Of a stretch of 64,000 nt of DNA, positions 28,074 through 38,414 are shown in pieces; positions within the stretch are counted from its first letter, which is position 1, and every line of letters begins with the position of its first letter. The stretch is from the NCBI GenBank assembly GCA_035277665.1, contig DATEKC010000148.1:3164-67163 (forward strand), read 5' to 3'. A program made the translations under genes and the position numbers. A model generated the notes under the pieces. That model was given only the letters and a program-made list of their open reading frames with translations. It was not told the origin of the DNA and did no database searches. The DNA is from Terriglobia bacterium (GTDB lineage: Bacteria > Acidobacteriota > Terriglobia > UBA7540).

Positions 28074-28351
28074 CACGAAGCGAGCGGCTAGATTCACCTC
28101 CGAATTGCAAGCGAATTGCTTTCCCTCTTTAAGGTGCGGGCTTTTTTCCCTTTTTTTAGGCGGAGGTCTCCGTTATGGGAGTTTTCTGAAGCGGGGAGCA
28201 CGCATCCGTAAGGGTGTGGCGTTGCTAAACCATGCTTGGCAAGGCTGATGCCGTTGCAGGCACGCTACCTACAACAAATTGACCACAGATCGCACCTTGC
28301 GATCACATGCATGCCAAAAGGCGGCACGCACTGCGCCACCAAGAATACAGC

Positions 28352-31126
28352 TCACACTGCGGGGACCTGGTTTTTCAAATTGTAGACGGCGTGCACGGTT
28401 GATTCGTCGGCCTTTTCGAGTGCAAAGCCCACCTTCTCTACCATGCGCTGCATTTCGGGATTCTCGCGCAGGATTTCCGCCGCTACAAAATCGAGTTTCT
28501 CGTCGCGGCCGATCTGGAGCAGCCGGTTCAGAAGCTCGGTGCCCAGTCCTTTGCGCTGATAGTCGTCACTGATAACGATGGCAACTTCCGCCCCGCGCAT
28601 TTCGTGCAGTTTGCTGAGGCGGCCCACGCCCAGCACCTGCTTCTCGCCGCTTGCGGGATCAGCGTGTTCAACCACCAGCGCCATCTCGCGGTCGTAATCG
28701 ATGAAGCAGATGCGCGTGAGGCGGTCGTGCTCGATGCGGCGGCTGAGCGAGAGCATGTGGAAATAGCGCATGTAGACGCTGCGCTCCGAGAGCGTGTGGT
28801 GGAATTTCACCATCAGCGGCTCGTCTTCAGGACGGATGGGACGGATGACAACCGGCGTGCCATCCTTCAGTTTCCACTTGTAGCTGTACTGCGTTGGATA
28901 CGGGCGGATGGCCAGTTTGGGAAGACGATCTTCCGTAACCTCGCTGCTGTGCAGGACCACGCGGGCGTCCAGGGCGATCATTCCGTCAGCCGAGATCAGC
29001 AGCGGATTGATATCAATTTCGCGGATACGGCGCTGTTCGATGACCAGCTGGCTGAAGCGCACCATCAGGCGTTCCAGCGCGGCAAGGTCGACGGCTTTCT
29101 GCCCGCGCACTCCTTGGAGAGCTGTCCAGATGCGCGTTTGCTCCATCATGCGCCGGGCCAGGGTGGTGTTGAGCGGCGGCAGGGCCAGCGCGCGGTCTTT
29201 GTAAACCTCCACCAGTTGCCCGCCCGACCCGAACAGCAGTACCGAACCGAACTGCGGATCAAAGGTGCTGCCCAGAATGACCTCGTAACCCTTGAACTCG
29301 ATCATGGGCTGCACGGTGACGCCGCTGAAATTCCCCGGGCCGGTCTTTTCCAGCACGGAGCTCCTGATGGCGCGATAAGCCTGCCGGACGGCGGCTTCAT
29401 CACGCAAACGCAACTGAACTCCGCCCACATCGGTCTTGTGGGTGATGGTTTCAGACAGCAGCTTCAACACCACGGGGTAGCCGGCCTTCTCTGCAAGCTG
29501 CGCCGCCTCATCTTCCGTCGTTGCCGCAAAGGTCGGCACTGTGGGGATGCCATAGGCCGCAAGCAGACGCTTGGATTCATACTCGTCCAGCAGCGACCTT
29601 CCGGACTGTTGGACCCTCTGAATGATGCCCTGGGCATCCTCACTCCGGATGCCGTTCTCCTCGCTGCCTGAAACCAGCATGGGCGTTTCATAAAGGCCGC
29701 GCAGGTTGTAACTGTACTGCCACATGTATTGGAACGTGCGGACTGCGGCGTCAGGATAGGGAAAATTCGGAATGTCGGACCGGTTCAGGATTTCCTGGCC
29801 GGCCAGGACTTCAACACCGCCCATCCAGCTTGCCAGAATCGGCTTGCCCTTCAGCTTTGCAAAGCGTTTCAGCTTTTCAGCGGTCTCCGACGGGTCGGTC
29901 ATGGCCTGCGGCGCCAGAATGACCAGCACTCCGTCGGCGTTGGGGTCCTGGGCCACAATCTCGACCGCTTTCGCATAGCGGTCGGGCTCAGCGTCGCCCA
30001 GAATATCGACGGGATTGTTGTGGCTCCAGTGTGGCGGAAGAAATCCGTTCAGCGATTCGATGGTTTCATCCGACAGCACGGCCAGTTCACCGCCGTGGAT
30101 GGAAAGCGCATCGGTGGCCAGCACTCCCGGGCCGCCCGCATTCGTCAGAATGGCCAGGCGCGGGCCCTTCGGGCGCGGCTGCTTGGCCAGAACTTCCGCC
30201 ATGGAGAACAGATCGGCGATGCTGGAAACACGCAGCACGCCGGAACGGCGGAACGCGGCTTGCAGGACCTCATCGCTGCCCGCGAGCGCCCCCGTGTGCG
30301 AAGCGGCAGCACGCGCCGCCGCTTCGGTGCGGCCCGCCTTGATCACAATAATAGGTTTTGAAAGCGCGACTTCCCGCGCGGCAGAAAGAAACGCCCGCGG
30401 GTCGCCAATCGATTCCATGTAGAGAATAATGCTGTGGGTGTTGGGATCGTCGCCGAGGTGGTTGATGAGGTCGCCCCAGCCCACATCCAGCATCGAGCCG
30501 ACGGAAACAAATGCGCTGAAGCCCACGTGCTCGTGCAGGCTCCAGTCAAGGATGGCGGTGCAGAGCGCCCCGCTCTGGCTGACGAATGCCACGTTGCCCG
30601 GCTGCGCGCCGGTGCGGGCAAAGGTGGCGTTCATGCCGGAAAGAGGGCTCATCACCCCCAGGCAATTGGGGCCAATCAGCCGGGTCCTGCCGCGGCGAAG
30701 CTGCGCCAGGATTTCCTGTTCCATCTCGACGCCGGCGGCGCCGCATTCCTTGAAACCTGCCGAAATGACAATAACGCCCTTTACTCCGGCGTCGACGCAC
30801 TCGCCGACAAGGCCGGGCACCGTGCGGGCCGGGGTGATAATCACGGCCAAGTCCACAGGCTCGGGCAGCGCGCCGATGCTGGGATAAGCTTTGACGCCCA
30901 GCACCTGGCTGCGCTTGGGGTTGACGGGATAGACTGTGCCGCCGAACGGGCTGCTGATCAGGTTCCACAGGAGCGTGCGGCCCACGCTGGCCGCGGCCTC
31001 GGTCGCGCCAATGACGGCAACACTCTCAGGCGAGAAAAAAACGTCCAGCGGATGGTGCGTCTGGCGGTAGATGTCATGTGCGCCTTCGATGGTCTGCTTC
31101 GCGGATGGTTTCGCTGCGTTTGCCAT
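28352..31126 (-). CDS. pat: Pat-type protein lysine acetyltransferase (ADP-forming acetyl-CoA synthetase-like domains fused to C-terminal GNAT)
   Basis: 924 aa. CoA-binding, succinyl-CoA-ligase-like and ATP-grasp regions ([10 protein letters not shown]..., [15 protein letters not shown]), then the GNAT motif [10 protein letters not shown]. Confidence 0.9.
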   Translation of the reverse strand: MANAAKPSAKQTIEGAHDIYRQTHHPLDVFFSPESVAVIGATEAAASVGRTLLWNLISSPFGGTVYPVNPKRSQVLGVKAYPSIGALPEPVDLAVIITPARTVPGLVGECVDAGVKGVIVISAGFKECGAAGVEMEQEILAQLRRGRTRLIGPNCLGVMSPLSGMNATFARTGAQPGNVAFVSQSGALCTAILDWSLHEHVGFSAFVSVGSMLDVGWGDLINHLGDDPNTHSIILYMESIGDPRAFLSAAREVALSKPIIVIKAGRTEAAARAAASHTGALAGSDEVLQAAFRRSGVLRVSSIADLFSMAEVLAKQPRPKGPRLAILTNAGGPGVLATDALSIHGGELAVLSDETIESLNGFLPPHWSHNNPVDILGDAEPDRYAKAVEIVAQDPNADGVLVILAPQAMTDPSETAEKLKRFAKLKGKPILASWMGGVEVLAGQEILNRSDIPNFPYPDAAVRTFQYMWQYSYNLRGLYETPMLVSGSEENGIRSEDAQGIIQRVQQSGRSLLDEYESKRLLAAYGIPTVPTFAATTEDEAAQLAEKAGYPVVLKLLSETITHKTDVGGVQLRLRDEAAVRQAYRAIRSSVLEKTGPGNFSGVTVQPMIEFKGYEVILGSTFDPQFGSVLLFGSGGQLVEVYKDRALALPPLNTTLARRMMEQTRIWTALQGVRGQKAVDLAALERLMVRFSQLVIEQRRIREIDINPLLISADGMIALDARVVLHSSEVTEDRLPKLAIRPYPTQYSYKWKLKDGTPVVIRPIRPEDEPLMVKFHHTLSERSVYMRYFHMLSLSRRIEHDRLTRICFIDYDREMALVVEHADPASGEKQVLGVGRLSKLHEMRGAEVAIVISDDYQRKGLGTELLNRLLQIGRDEKLDFVAAEILRENPEMQRMVEKVGFALEKADESTVHAVYNLKNQVPAV

Positions 31127-31257
31127 AATGACCTTTCATTTTGAAACGAACAGGGCCTCAATTCAAGCCTCGTTGAAGACCGGCGTTGTCGTCGCTGACG
31201 CCAACATGATCGCAACCTCGAGGCATCACTGACTCTTTCTCCAAGCGGAGCAATTTC

Positions 31258-31893
31258 CTATGGCTCTTCATGTCCGGGCGGGCCTGGCTCGGTCTCGTGA
31301 TAGTGGCCCGCCGCTGAGGCATTGGCTGCTTGATAGATCCGCTCAACGTAATGAACATATTCGACGTAGATTTTCACGTAGGCACGCCCAGCCTCGATAT
31401 CGTCTACGTTGTAATCTTTCTTAGCAAGCGCTTCTCTGAATCGGGCGCGGACTCCATCCTGGAGCGAGTTGCTCAGCAGCCCAAGCAGGTGTTCAACAGA
31501 ACCGCTCTCAAGCGCTGCGTCGGCGGCAGGAATGGCCGGGCCGAGATCCCGTCCCGCAGGTTTCAGACCGGTGTACGGCTCGCCTTCTCCAGAGCGATGA
31601 AGGCGCACGACCGTTTCAAAAAAGTACATGTCTGCAAGACTTCTGGCCTCGGGACTCAGCTTGCGCACAGTCTGCGTCTTCTGGAATGCCTTGCGAACCT
31701 CGCCTTCATTTTCCTCTTGAACCCAAATCAGGACAATGTTGACGTTGCCGGATTCGAGCGCTTGCCTGGCCGCCTTCACCACGGGACCGTCCATTCCGTC
31801 GCAATGAGCAAAAACTCCGGAAGGCGCAACAAGCCCCACCAGTAACAAAGCGGTCAACACAACGATGCGCCTGAGAATTTCCTTCGTTTTCAT
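31258..31893 (-). CDS. Secreted DUF6448-like protein
   Basis: Signal MKTKEILRRIVVLTALLLVGLVAPSGVFA, then HCDGMDGPVVKAARQALESGNVNIVLIWV, a pattern I associate with DUF6448. ATG 31893 was chosen over the upstream extension. Confidence 0.55.
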   Translation of the reverse strand: MKTKEILRRIVVLTALLLVGLVAPSGVFAHCDGMDGPVVKAARQALESGNVNIVLIWVQEENEGEVRKAFQKTQTVRKLSPEARSLADMYFFETVVRLHRSGEGEPYTGLKPAGRDLGPAIPAADAALESGSVEHLLGLLSNSLQDGVRARFREALAKKDYNVDDIEAGRAYVKIYVEYVHYVERIYQAANASAAGHYHETEPGPPGHEEP

Positions 31894-31987
31894 TATCTTC
31901 TCCTGCCTTATCCCGCCCCGGTTGACCTGTGAATCGCGCGCCATGGTCGCGTTAACAATGCAGATGGCTTCTCAGGCGAATTCCTTC

Positions 31988-32869
31988 TCAGAGGTGCACG
32001 GCCAGGACGGGACTGGTTCCCAGTTGGATGACGCGGTGCGTCGTAGAGCCGAACAAGGCGAGGTCCACCGCATTGCGGCCGCGCACTCCCATGATGACAA
32101 GGTCCGACTCATTCTCAATAGTCATCTGAAGGATTTGCTGGTAAGGCCTCCCGATACGGACTGCAGTTTGCACGTTGCACCAGTCGCCTGCTTCCGGGGG
32201 CGCCAGTTCTTCAAGCCTTCTCGTAACTTCGCCAAGGCCCGCTTGCAGATCATCCGTGGCGGGTACATCTTCAAGCACGTGGAGCAGAGTGAGGTCCGCG
32301 TTATATTCCATGGCCAGTGACAGCGCGTAAGTGAGGGCCCGCGCGGAATGATCGGAAAAATCGGTGCAAAAGAGAATCTTTTTCAGTTGCACCGGCTCCT
32401 CGACATCTACCGGATGAACGAAATCATGTGCGGGCTTGCGGACCGCCAGGACGGGACAATGGGATTTTCTCAAAACCTTTTCGGTGACTGAACCCATGGT
32501 GAAGTGGTCAAAACCGTGGCGCCCATGCGTTCCCATTACAATCAGATCAGCGGCCTGGCTCATAGCAAAAGCCAGAATGCAATCCGGCGCGATACCCTTG
32601 TGCACGAACCGCTGAACAGCCCCATTCCCCAGGTCCTCTGAAATCATTTCAGCGAGCTGCTGCTTGGCGCTGGTTTCAAGGTTCGAGAAAACTTCATTTA
32701 GGGCGTCGGGAAAAGCGTAGTAGGGGTAAATGGAAGTCAGCGGCTGGACAACGTGCTGCAGCAGAAGCTTGGCACCATAATGCCGGGCCAATGAGCGGGC
32801 ATAATCGTAAGCTTTGACCGAGTACTCAGAAAAGTCGACCGGGCAGAGGATCTTTTCGATTCTGAGCAT
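31988..32869 (-). CDS. Tandem universal stress protein (two UspA domains)
   Basis: Two copies of the Usp fold, each ending in GxxGxxxxxxxxxGSxxxxVxxxxxCPVL (MGTHGRHG...GSVTEKVLRKSHCPVLAV and MGVRGRNA...GSTTHRVIQLGTSPVLAV). Confidence 0.9.
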   Translation of the reverse strand: MLRIEKILCPVDFSEYSVKAYDYARSLARHYGAKLLLQHVVQPLTSIYPYYAFPDALNEVFSNLETSAKQQLAEMISEDLGNGAVQRFVHKGIAPDCILAFAMSQAADLIVMGTHGRHGFDHFTMGSVTEKVLRKSHCPVLAVRKPAHDFVHPVDVEEPVQLKKILFCTDFSDHSARALTYALSLAMEYNADLTLLHVLEDVPATDDLQAGLGEVTRRLEELAPPEAGDWCNVQTAVRIGRPYQQILQMTIENESDLVIMGVRGRNAVDLALFGSTTHRVIQLGTSPVLAVHL

Positions 32870-33212
32870 GATCGGTTCCTCTCAAGAGCCGCTGGGAGGA
32901 GCGAGTCCCCGTCTTGCTGGGGTCGGCTGGCTCGCCTCTCCTGCCCAGAAGCTAACCTGCACTCCTCGCGGCTTTCCTCCCAGCGCGTTTTACTTTAACA
33001 AATGCAATTCCATGCCTCCGTGACCGCGATTACTTGTGATTGTGACGGTGCTCACATTCCGGACGTGCAAATCGCGGGAGAATTAAAAAGGAGGGTCAGG
33101 CTTGGGGGATATGGGAACCCGGGCAGGGTCCGCCATCGAGAGGGTCCCGCTTGCAGGCTTCCGAACGCGTCCCAGAACCTTCCGTCGCCTGAAGCGGAGA
33201 AAGGAGCAAGCC

Positions 33213-33716
33213 ATGGAAAAGCCAAAAGTTATGGTGGCTCTGCGAGATACTGAAACGGCAGGAAGCCTGACCGAGCTTGCCTGCCAGATGGCCAGTCTCG
33301 CTGGAACAACCGTGATCGCATTGCATGTGATTGAGGTACCGCCGGGATTGCCCATCGATGTCGTGGACCCCATCTTCGAACAGCCCGGGCAACAGGTGCT
33401 TTCATTGGCCCGGCAGGTTGCTTCCAACAATTTTTCTATGCGCATCTCGACCAAGCTGCTGAAGGCGCGCAGCGCGGGCGAAGCCATTGTGGGCGAAGCA
33501 ACAGATGAAGGAATTGAGCTGCTTATCATCGGATACCACCACAATCATGGCCTGGCTGAAACGCTGCTGGGTTCCACAGTGCAGCATGTCACCCACCATG
33601 CCCCCTGCAGGGTGCTGGTGCAGGTCCCGCCACCGAAATCGAAAGCCAGGCCGGTTGTAGTGAGCGGGGACGTGGCTGAGGAAGGCATAGGAAGCAGGAA
33701 AACGGAAGCAGCTTAG
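33213..33716 (+). CDS. Universal stress protein (single domain)
   Basis: AAGGAG RBS at 33201, ATG at 33213. IGYHHNHGLAETLLGSTVQHVTHHAPCRVLV is the Usp C-terminal motif. Confidence 0.85.
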   Translation: MEKPKVMVALRDTETAGSLTELACQMASLAGTTVIALHVIEVPPGLPIDVVDPIFEQPGQQVLSLARQVASNNFSMRISTKLLKARSAGEAIVGEATDEGIELLIIGYHHNHGLAETLLGSTVQHVTHHAPCRVLVQVPPPKSKARPVVVSGDVAEEGIGSRKTEAA

Positions 33717-33891
33717 GAGATTGCTGAAAAACCGCTCAGAGCCCGTTATTCCGAGCCCGTTCGCCCTGCGCCGGCGAGCAGCCCTGAACGAAGTGAAAGG
33801 GCCGAGGATAAATTCCGCGAGGAAACTGCATTTGGACAAGCAATTGAAAACAAATCAGATCCGTTGAGTCGACAAAGAACGCCGCCCTGGA

Positions 33892-34221
33892 ATGGCATTT
33901 GTGGGCGCTTTTCAATTACCTCCATCGCGCACGTCTGGTACCCCTGTGAAAAGAAGGTTCAAACGCTTCATTGTTCTTACTGCCGGATGGAGTTTCATTG
34001 CCCTGGGCGTGGCAGGGCTTTTGCTGCCATTCCTCCAGGGCGTTCTGTTCCTGCTGGTGGGGCTGGCGATCCTTTCCACGGAATACGTATGGGCGCACAA
34101 TCTGCTCCAGAAATTGCGAAGGCGCTTCCCTTCTCTCTCCAGATGGCTTGATACAGCCAGACTGCGGGCCGGTTCCTGGCTGAAGCGCGTTTTTTCAAAA
34201 TCTGAAAACATGGAGCGCTAA
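33892..34221 (+). CDS. Small two-TM protein (PGPGW-like)
   Basis: RRFKRFIVLTAGWSFIALGVAGLLLPFLQGVLFLLVGLAILSTEY resembles the PGPGW transmembrane family, although the PGPG itself is replaced by PFLQG. Confidence 0.45.
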   Translation: MAFVGAFQLPPSRTSGTPVKRRFKRFIVLTAGWSFIALGVAGLLLPFLQGVLFLLVGLAILSTEYVWAHNLLQKLRRRFPSLSRWLDTARLRAGSWLKRVFSKSENMER

Positions 34222-34344
34222 TGCTGTTGTTGGCCGGCTGACCAAGCGGGGCATCATCAGGGACGATGATTCCCGGCATCGTCACAAGGTCTTGTGACCC
34301 CACGCACTGTAGAACAGGCGAATCTGGACAATGATACAAGCGGA

Positions 34345-34459
34345 AGGAGGGTGGGCGCAGGCGAATAGGAAGCACCCTATAAGCGGAGCCCGGCGGCAGC
34401 AAAACGGGAGCTCCGCAAGGCCAGCGACTTAACGCGGCCGATTCGCCCCCCACCCTCCT
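34345..34459. ncRNA. Candidate structured RNA: 115-nt four-way junction (strand undetermined)
   Basis: Closing helix 34345-34355/34449-34459 (11 perfect bp) stacked on 34360-34366/34441-34447 (7 bp). It encloses three hairpins: 34367-34369/34376-34378 (AGG/CCT, extendable to 5 bp only at the expense of the 7-bp helix), 34383-34389/34410-34416 (7 bp), and 34419-34426/34433-34439 (7 bp with one bulge). It is intergenic and no ORF is present. Confidence 0.4.
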
Positions 34460-34963
34460 GAGCAGTCCCTCATTGCGGGTTTTTGCGGGTATCTACACAC
34501 CAGCCCGACGGGTCTTCCTTCCCTTGAATCCCATTTAATAAGAGTGTTATGTTAGCTGCAGGTTTTCCTGCCGGGTGTGGGGTAAAAGCATGGCTTGGGA
34601 AGTAGAAAGTCGCCGATCCCTTCCAAACATTGAATGGACGAATATCCCCCGCGAGCGTTACACTTCACTTATTTCAGGGGCCGCTATACTTCCCCCATCG
34701 GGCAGGCTCACCCGGCTTTCCGGACCACATATTCCACGTTTCCGGCCGGGGAAAGAACCAGCCTATTTTGCCAAAAAAGTGTGCACACGAAACCAGAATC
34801 CGGCGTGCTACGTCAATGTTTATAATTCAGAAGGTTCGTTAAAATGTGCTTTCCCTCTCAGTTCAGATCAAGATCTTCCAGTCGTCACGGGATTCACCAG
34901 CAAGAAGGCTGGTAAGGCTGAAACGACCGCAAGTTTCGGCTGATCTTTGCATTTGAGGTAGCG

Positions 34964-37321
34964 GTGGCTTTTAACAAAACTTCCGAACACGAAAGCCTCG
35001 ATCCGCAGCGTGCCAGCCAGGTGGTCTCCAAACGGCCTGAGCTCAGCAATACGGAAACCCATGCCCTTTTCGAACAATTCTTTGAGGCATCGCCTGACGG
35101 CGTCCTGGTAGTGAACTCAAAAGGATTGATCACGCGCGTGAACGCCCAGACAGAAAAAATGTTCGGCTACAGCCGCTCGGAGCTGCAAGGCCAGCCCATC
35201 GAAATCCTCGTTCCTGACCGTTTCCACCAAGCACATGAAAGGGACCGCAGGAATTATCAGGATGCACCTCACATGCGCGCCATGGGCGCGGGATTGGAGC
35301 TTTTTGCCAAACGCGGGGACGGAAGCGAATTTCCCGTAGAAATCATGCTGAGCCCGATCAATTCCAGTGAAGAAACCATGGTGCTGACGGTGGTTCGCGA
35401 CATCACCCTGCGCAAACAGGCACAGGACGCTCTGCGCACCAGTGAACAGCAGCTCCAAAGCGTTTTGGACAATTCCACCGCGGTCATCTACGTCAAAGAC
35501 CTGGAAAGCCGCTATCTTCGCGTCAACCGGCGTTTTGAGGAAATTTACAACATCGCGAAGGGCCAGGCCAAAGGGAAAACCGATTTCGACCTGTTCCCGA
35601 AAGACCTTGCGGAGGCACTCCGGGCCAATGATCAAAAGGTGCTCGAAGCTGGCAGCCCGATGGAATTTGAAGAAGTAGTGGCGCACTCCGGTGGGATTCA
35701 CACTTACATCTCCATCAAAGTTCCGTTGTTTGACCCCTGGAGACGGCCTTACGCTGTCGCCGGCATCTCCACCGACATCACCGAGCGGAAGAAGGCCGAA
35801 GAAGCTCTGCTGATGGAAATCGGAACAGTCCTGCTGCGGAACCTGGATGTTCGAGAGCTTTTCACCGCGATCTCAGCAACACTTCGCCGAATCATGCCCC
35901 ATGAGTACGCCTCACTCGCCCTTTACGGGCCCGAAGGCAAAGACCTGCGGCTGCTTTCGCTGGAACAGCCTGAAACCGAAGCGGCGCTGGGAAGGGAGAT
36001 GCTATCGCCGGCCCAGGAAGCGCTGGCGGGCCGGGCGATGAATTCCCGCCAGCCGCTCGTCCTCAATGACTTTGAAAGCATCCCTGCCAGATCCAAAGCC
36101 ACGGATCGCCTGATGGCTGAGGGCGTGAAGTCCGCCTGTTTCCTGCCCATGATTACGCAGGACCACGTACTCGGCACCTTGAACCTAGTGAGCCGGCAGA
36201 AAGGCGCCTTTGACCAGCGGCGCGTCGATCTGCTTCAGCAGGTGACGGGCCACGTTGCCATTGCCCTCGACAACGCCCTCACTTACCGCAAGGTGGCGGA
36301 ACTGAAGGAGCGGCTGGCTGAAGAGAAACTCTACCTCGAGGAAGAAATCCGCACCGAGTACCACTTTGAGGAGATCATCGGTGAGAGCCCTACCCTCAAA
36401 CGAATTCTGAAGCAGGTGGAATCCGTGGGCCCCACCAACGCCACCGTTCTGGTCCTCGGTGAAACAGGTACCGGAAAAGAACTGATTGCGCGCGCCATTC
36501 ACGATTTAAGCCCCCGTCGCAACCGCACCTTCGTCAAGCTGAATTGTGCCGCCATCCCCACAGGGCTGCTGGAAAGCGAGCTGTTCGGACACGAGAAGGG
36601 AGCGTTTACCGGCGCCATCTCGCAAAAAATCGGCCGGCTGGAGCTGGCGCACGAAGGGACCCTCTTCCTGGACGAAGTCGGTGACATCCCTCTTGAACTT
36701 CAGCCCAAGCTGCTACGCGCCCTCCAGGAAAAAGAGTTTGAAAGGCTGGGCAGCACAAAAACAATCCCCGTGGATGTGCGCCTGCTGGCGGCAACCAATC
36801 GCGACTTGGCGAAAATGGTCGCGGAGCGGCAGTTCAGGAGCGATCTCTACTACCGCCTGCGAGTTTTCCCCATTACCGTTCCTCCTTTGAAGGAGCGTGC
36901 CGAGGATATCCCCATCCTGGTCCGTTACTTCGCCCAGAAACATGCCGAGAGAATGCACCGGCATATTGAAATTATCCCTCCCGAGGCCATGGAGGCCCTC
37001 ACCCGGTGGCATTGGCCCGGCAATGTGCGAGAGCTTGAAAATATTATTGAGCGGGCCGTCATCCTTTCTCCCGGCCCGGTCCTGCGCATCCCCCTTGCCG
37101 AACTTGTGCCGACTAACGGAGAAGCAGCCGGCGGTGACGGTTCCGGGACCCTCGAAGACGCTGAACGCGATCACATCCTTCGCATACTGAAAGAGACCCG
37201 TGGAATCATCGGAGGCCCCGGTGGCGCGGCAGCCCGCCTGGGGCTCAAGCGAACGACACTGAATTCCAAAATGCGGAAATTGGGAATCTCGCGGGAAGAA
37301 ATCGGCAAAACGCCTTCCTGA
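34964..37321 (+). CDS. Sigma-54-dependent transcriptional activator (PAS-PAS-GAF-AAA+-Fis HTH)
   Basis: AAA+ EBP motifs GETGTGKE, GAFTGA (the sigma-54 contact loop) and WPGNVRELEN. C-terminal HTH AAARLGLKRTTLNSKMRKLGI. Two PAS modules and a GAF module precede it. Confidence 0.92.
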   Translation: MAFNKTSEHESLDPQRASQVVSKRPELSNTETHALFEQFFEASPDGVLVVNSKGLITRVNAQTEKMFGYSRSELQGQPIEILVPDRFHQAHERDRRNYQDAPHMRAMGAGLELFAKRGDGSEFPVEIMLSPINSSEETMVLTVVRDITLRKQAQDALRTSEQQLQSVLDNSTAVIYVKDLESRYLRVNRRFEEIYNIAKGQAKGKTDFDLFPKDLAEALRANDQKVLEAGSPMEFEEVVAHSGGIHTYISIKVPLFDPWRRPYAVAGISTDITERKKAEEALLMEIGTVLLRNLDVRELFTAISATLRRIMPHEYASLALYGPEGKDLRLLSLEQPETEAALGREMLSPAQEALAGRAMNSRQPLVLNDFESIPARSKATDRLMAEGVKSACFLPMITQDHVLGTLNLVSRQKGAFDQRRVDLLQQVTGHVAIALDNALTYRKVAELKERLAEEKLYLEEEIRTEYHFEEIIGESPTLKRILKQVESVGPTNATVLVLGETGTGKELIARAIHDLSPRRNRTFVKLNCAAIPTGLLESELFGHEKGAFTGAISQKIGRLELAHEGTLFLDEVGDIPLELQPKLLRALQEKEFERLGSTKTIPVDVRLLAATNRDLAKMVAERQFRSDLYYRLRVFPITVPPLKERAEDIPILVRYFAQKHAERMHRHIEIIPPEAMEALTRWHWPGNVRELENIIERAVILSPGPVLRIPLAELVPTNGEAAGGDGSGTLEDAERDHILRILKETRGIIGGPGGAAARLGLKRTTLNSKMRKLGISREEIGKTPS

Positions 37322-37542
37322 TGGCGATATTTCGTCACCTGATTATTCACCGTCATCTCCCACCTGATCACCGTTGCCAGTTGCCCCGTAAGACGCTTCT
37401 AAACAGTTGAAAGTAAAACACCAATCATGGGTTAAATTATTTGAATCTTTGGAAGGTCGAGTGCTCCCCACGGGCGTGGCGGGGCAGGTCCGTCCGCTCG
37501 GGATGCAAACAGACGTAACCCATAGGCTGGAGACAAGAAACC

Positions 37543-37959
37543 ATGGCGGAACAAATCAACGCATTACTGGTTCACGCGAACAATGAGTCGTACAACGACT
37601 TAACGCGGGTTCTGGGGTTGCTTGGCATCAGGGTGATCCACGCCCAAAGTTGCAAAGAGGCCGCAATTTTTCTGGAGCGGAAAGGCTCAATCGACCTGGT
37701 CTTTACGGGGACAAATTTACAGGACGGTGGATGGGCCAACGTGCTGGGGCTGGCGCAGCGGGCAAACGGTTATCTGCCCGTCATTGTGGTCTCCCGAATG
37801 GCGGACGTAGCGCTCTACCTGGAGGCGCTCGGGAATGGAGCTTTCGATTTTGTGACCCCTCCATTCGTGAGTTCTGATTTGGCGCACATTGTTCGTTCCG
37901 CCATCTATAAAGAGCTTATCAGCGTGAAGCAGGGCCTCGCCGCTCCGCCCGCGGCGTGA
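37543..37959 (+). CDS. Pseudo-receiver (REC fold without phospho-acceptor residues)
   Basis: REC-like topology, but the acidic pair is HANN and the acceptor position reads DLVFTGTNLQDG rather than DLVxxDxxMP. Confidence 0.7.
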   Translation: MAEQINALLVHANNESYNDLTRVLGLLGIRVIHAQSCKEAAIFLERKGSIDLVFTGTNLQDGGWANVLGLAQRANGYLPVIVVSRMADVALYLEALGNGAFDFVTPPFVSSDLAHIVRSAIYKELISVKQGLAAPPAA

Positions 37960-38113
37960 GTGAGAAGGAACCTTGCGGTCGCCTGCGCGAGTGCAGGAAG
38001 AAAGATGGTAATTCGTGGTTGCAGGCCCGGCGTAAAATTGCCGGCAGCATTCACAAAATGAGGAGGTTATAACGCGATGCTTCGCCTTTTCTTATACCAA
38101 AGGACGGTGATAG

Positions 38114-38410
38114 ATGCTTAAAATAACGTTTCAGGACACCCCGGGAAGCACAAAGGTGAAACTGGAAGGGAAGCTCTCAGGACCGTGGGTGGAAGAACTC
38201 GAAAGGAGTTGGAGTGAACACTCGCCTCAGGCCTCTGAACATGTCATAATAGATCTATCAGACGTGACCTACATTGACCCCGAAGGGAAACGACTTCTGG
38301 CCCGCATGGTAGACCGGGGGGTTTGCTTCGAGGGCACGCACTTGATGACAAAATATGTGATAGAAGAAATCACCCGTGCCGGAATGCGATCTGGAAGGAG
38401 CGGAGGGTAA
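38114..38410 (+). CDS. STAS-domain-like small protein
   Basis: 98 aa. KVKLEGKLSGPWVEELERSW...VIIDLSDVTYIDPEGKRLL matches the anti-sigma-antagonist/STAS pattern. No phosphorylatable Ser context was verified. Confidence 0.55.
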   Translation: MLKITFQDTPGSTKVKLEGKLSGPWVEELERSWSEHSPQASEHVIIDLSDVTYIDPEGKRLLARMVDRGVCFEGTHLMTKYVIEEITRAGMRSGRSGG

Positions 38411-38414
38411 AACG

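Noticed and set aside
28100-28175. T-rich stretch after the lipoprotein gene as an intrinsic terminator
   Set aside because: T6 and T7 runs are present, but I could not build a convincing GC-rich stem immediately upstream; only 4-5-bp stems were found.
28604-30361. Several 200-355-aa + strand ORFs inside the pat region
   Set aside because: All are antisense to the 924-aa Pat-type gene, which has clear CoA-ligase and GNAT motifs.
37440-37470. TGGAAGGTCGAGTGCT upstream of the pseudo-receiver gene as a sigma-54 promoter
   Set aside because: The spacing between GG and GC is one nucleotide too long, and both boxes deviate from consensus.
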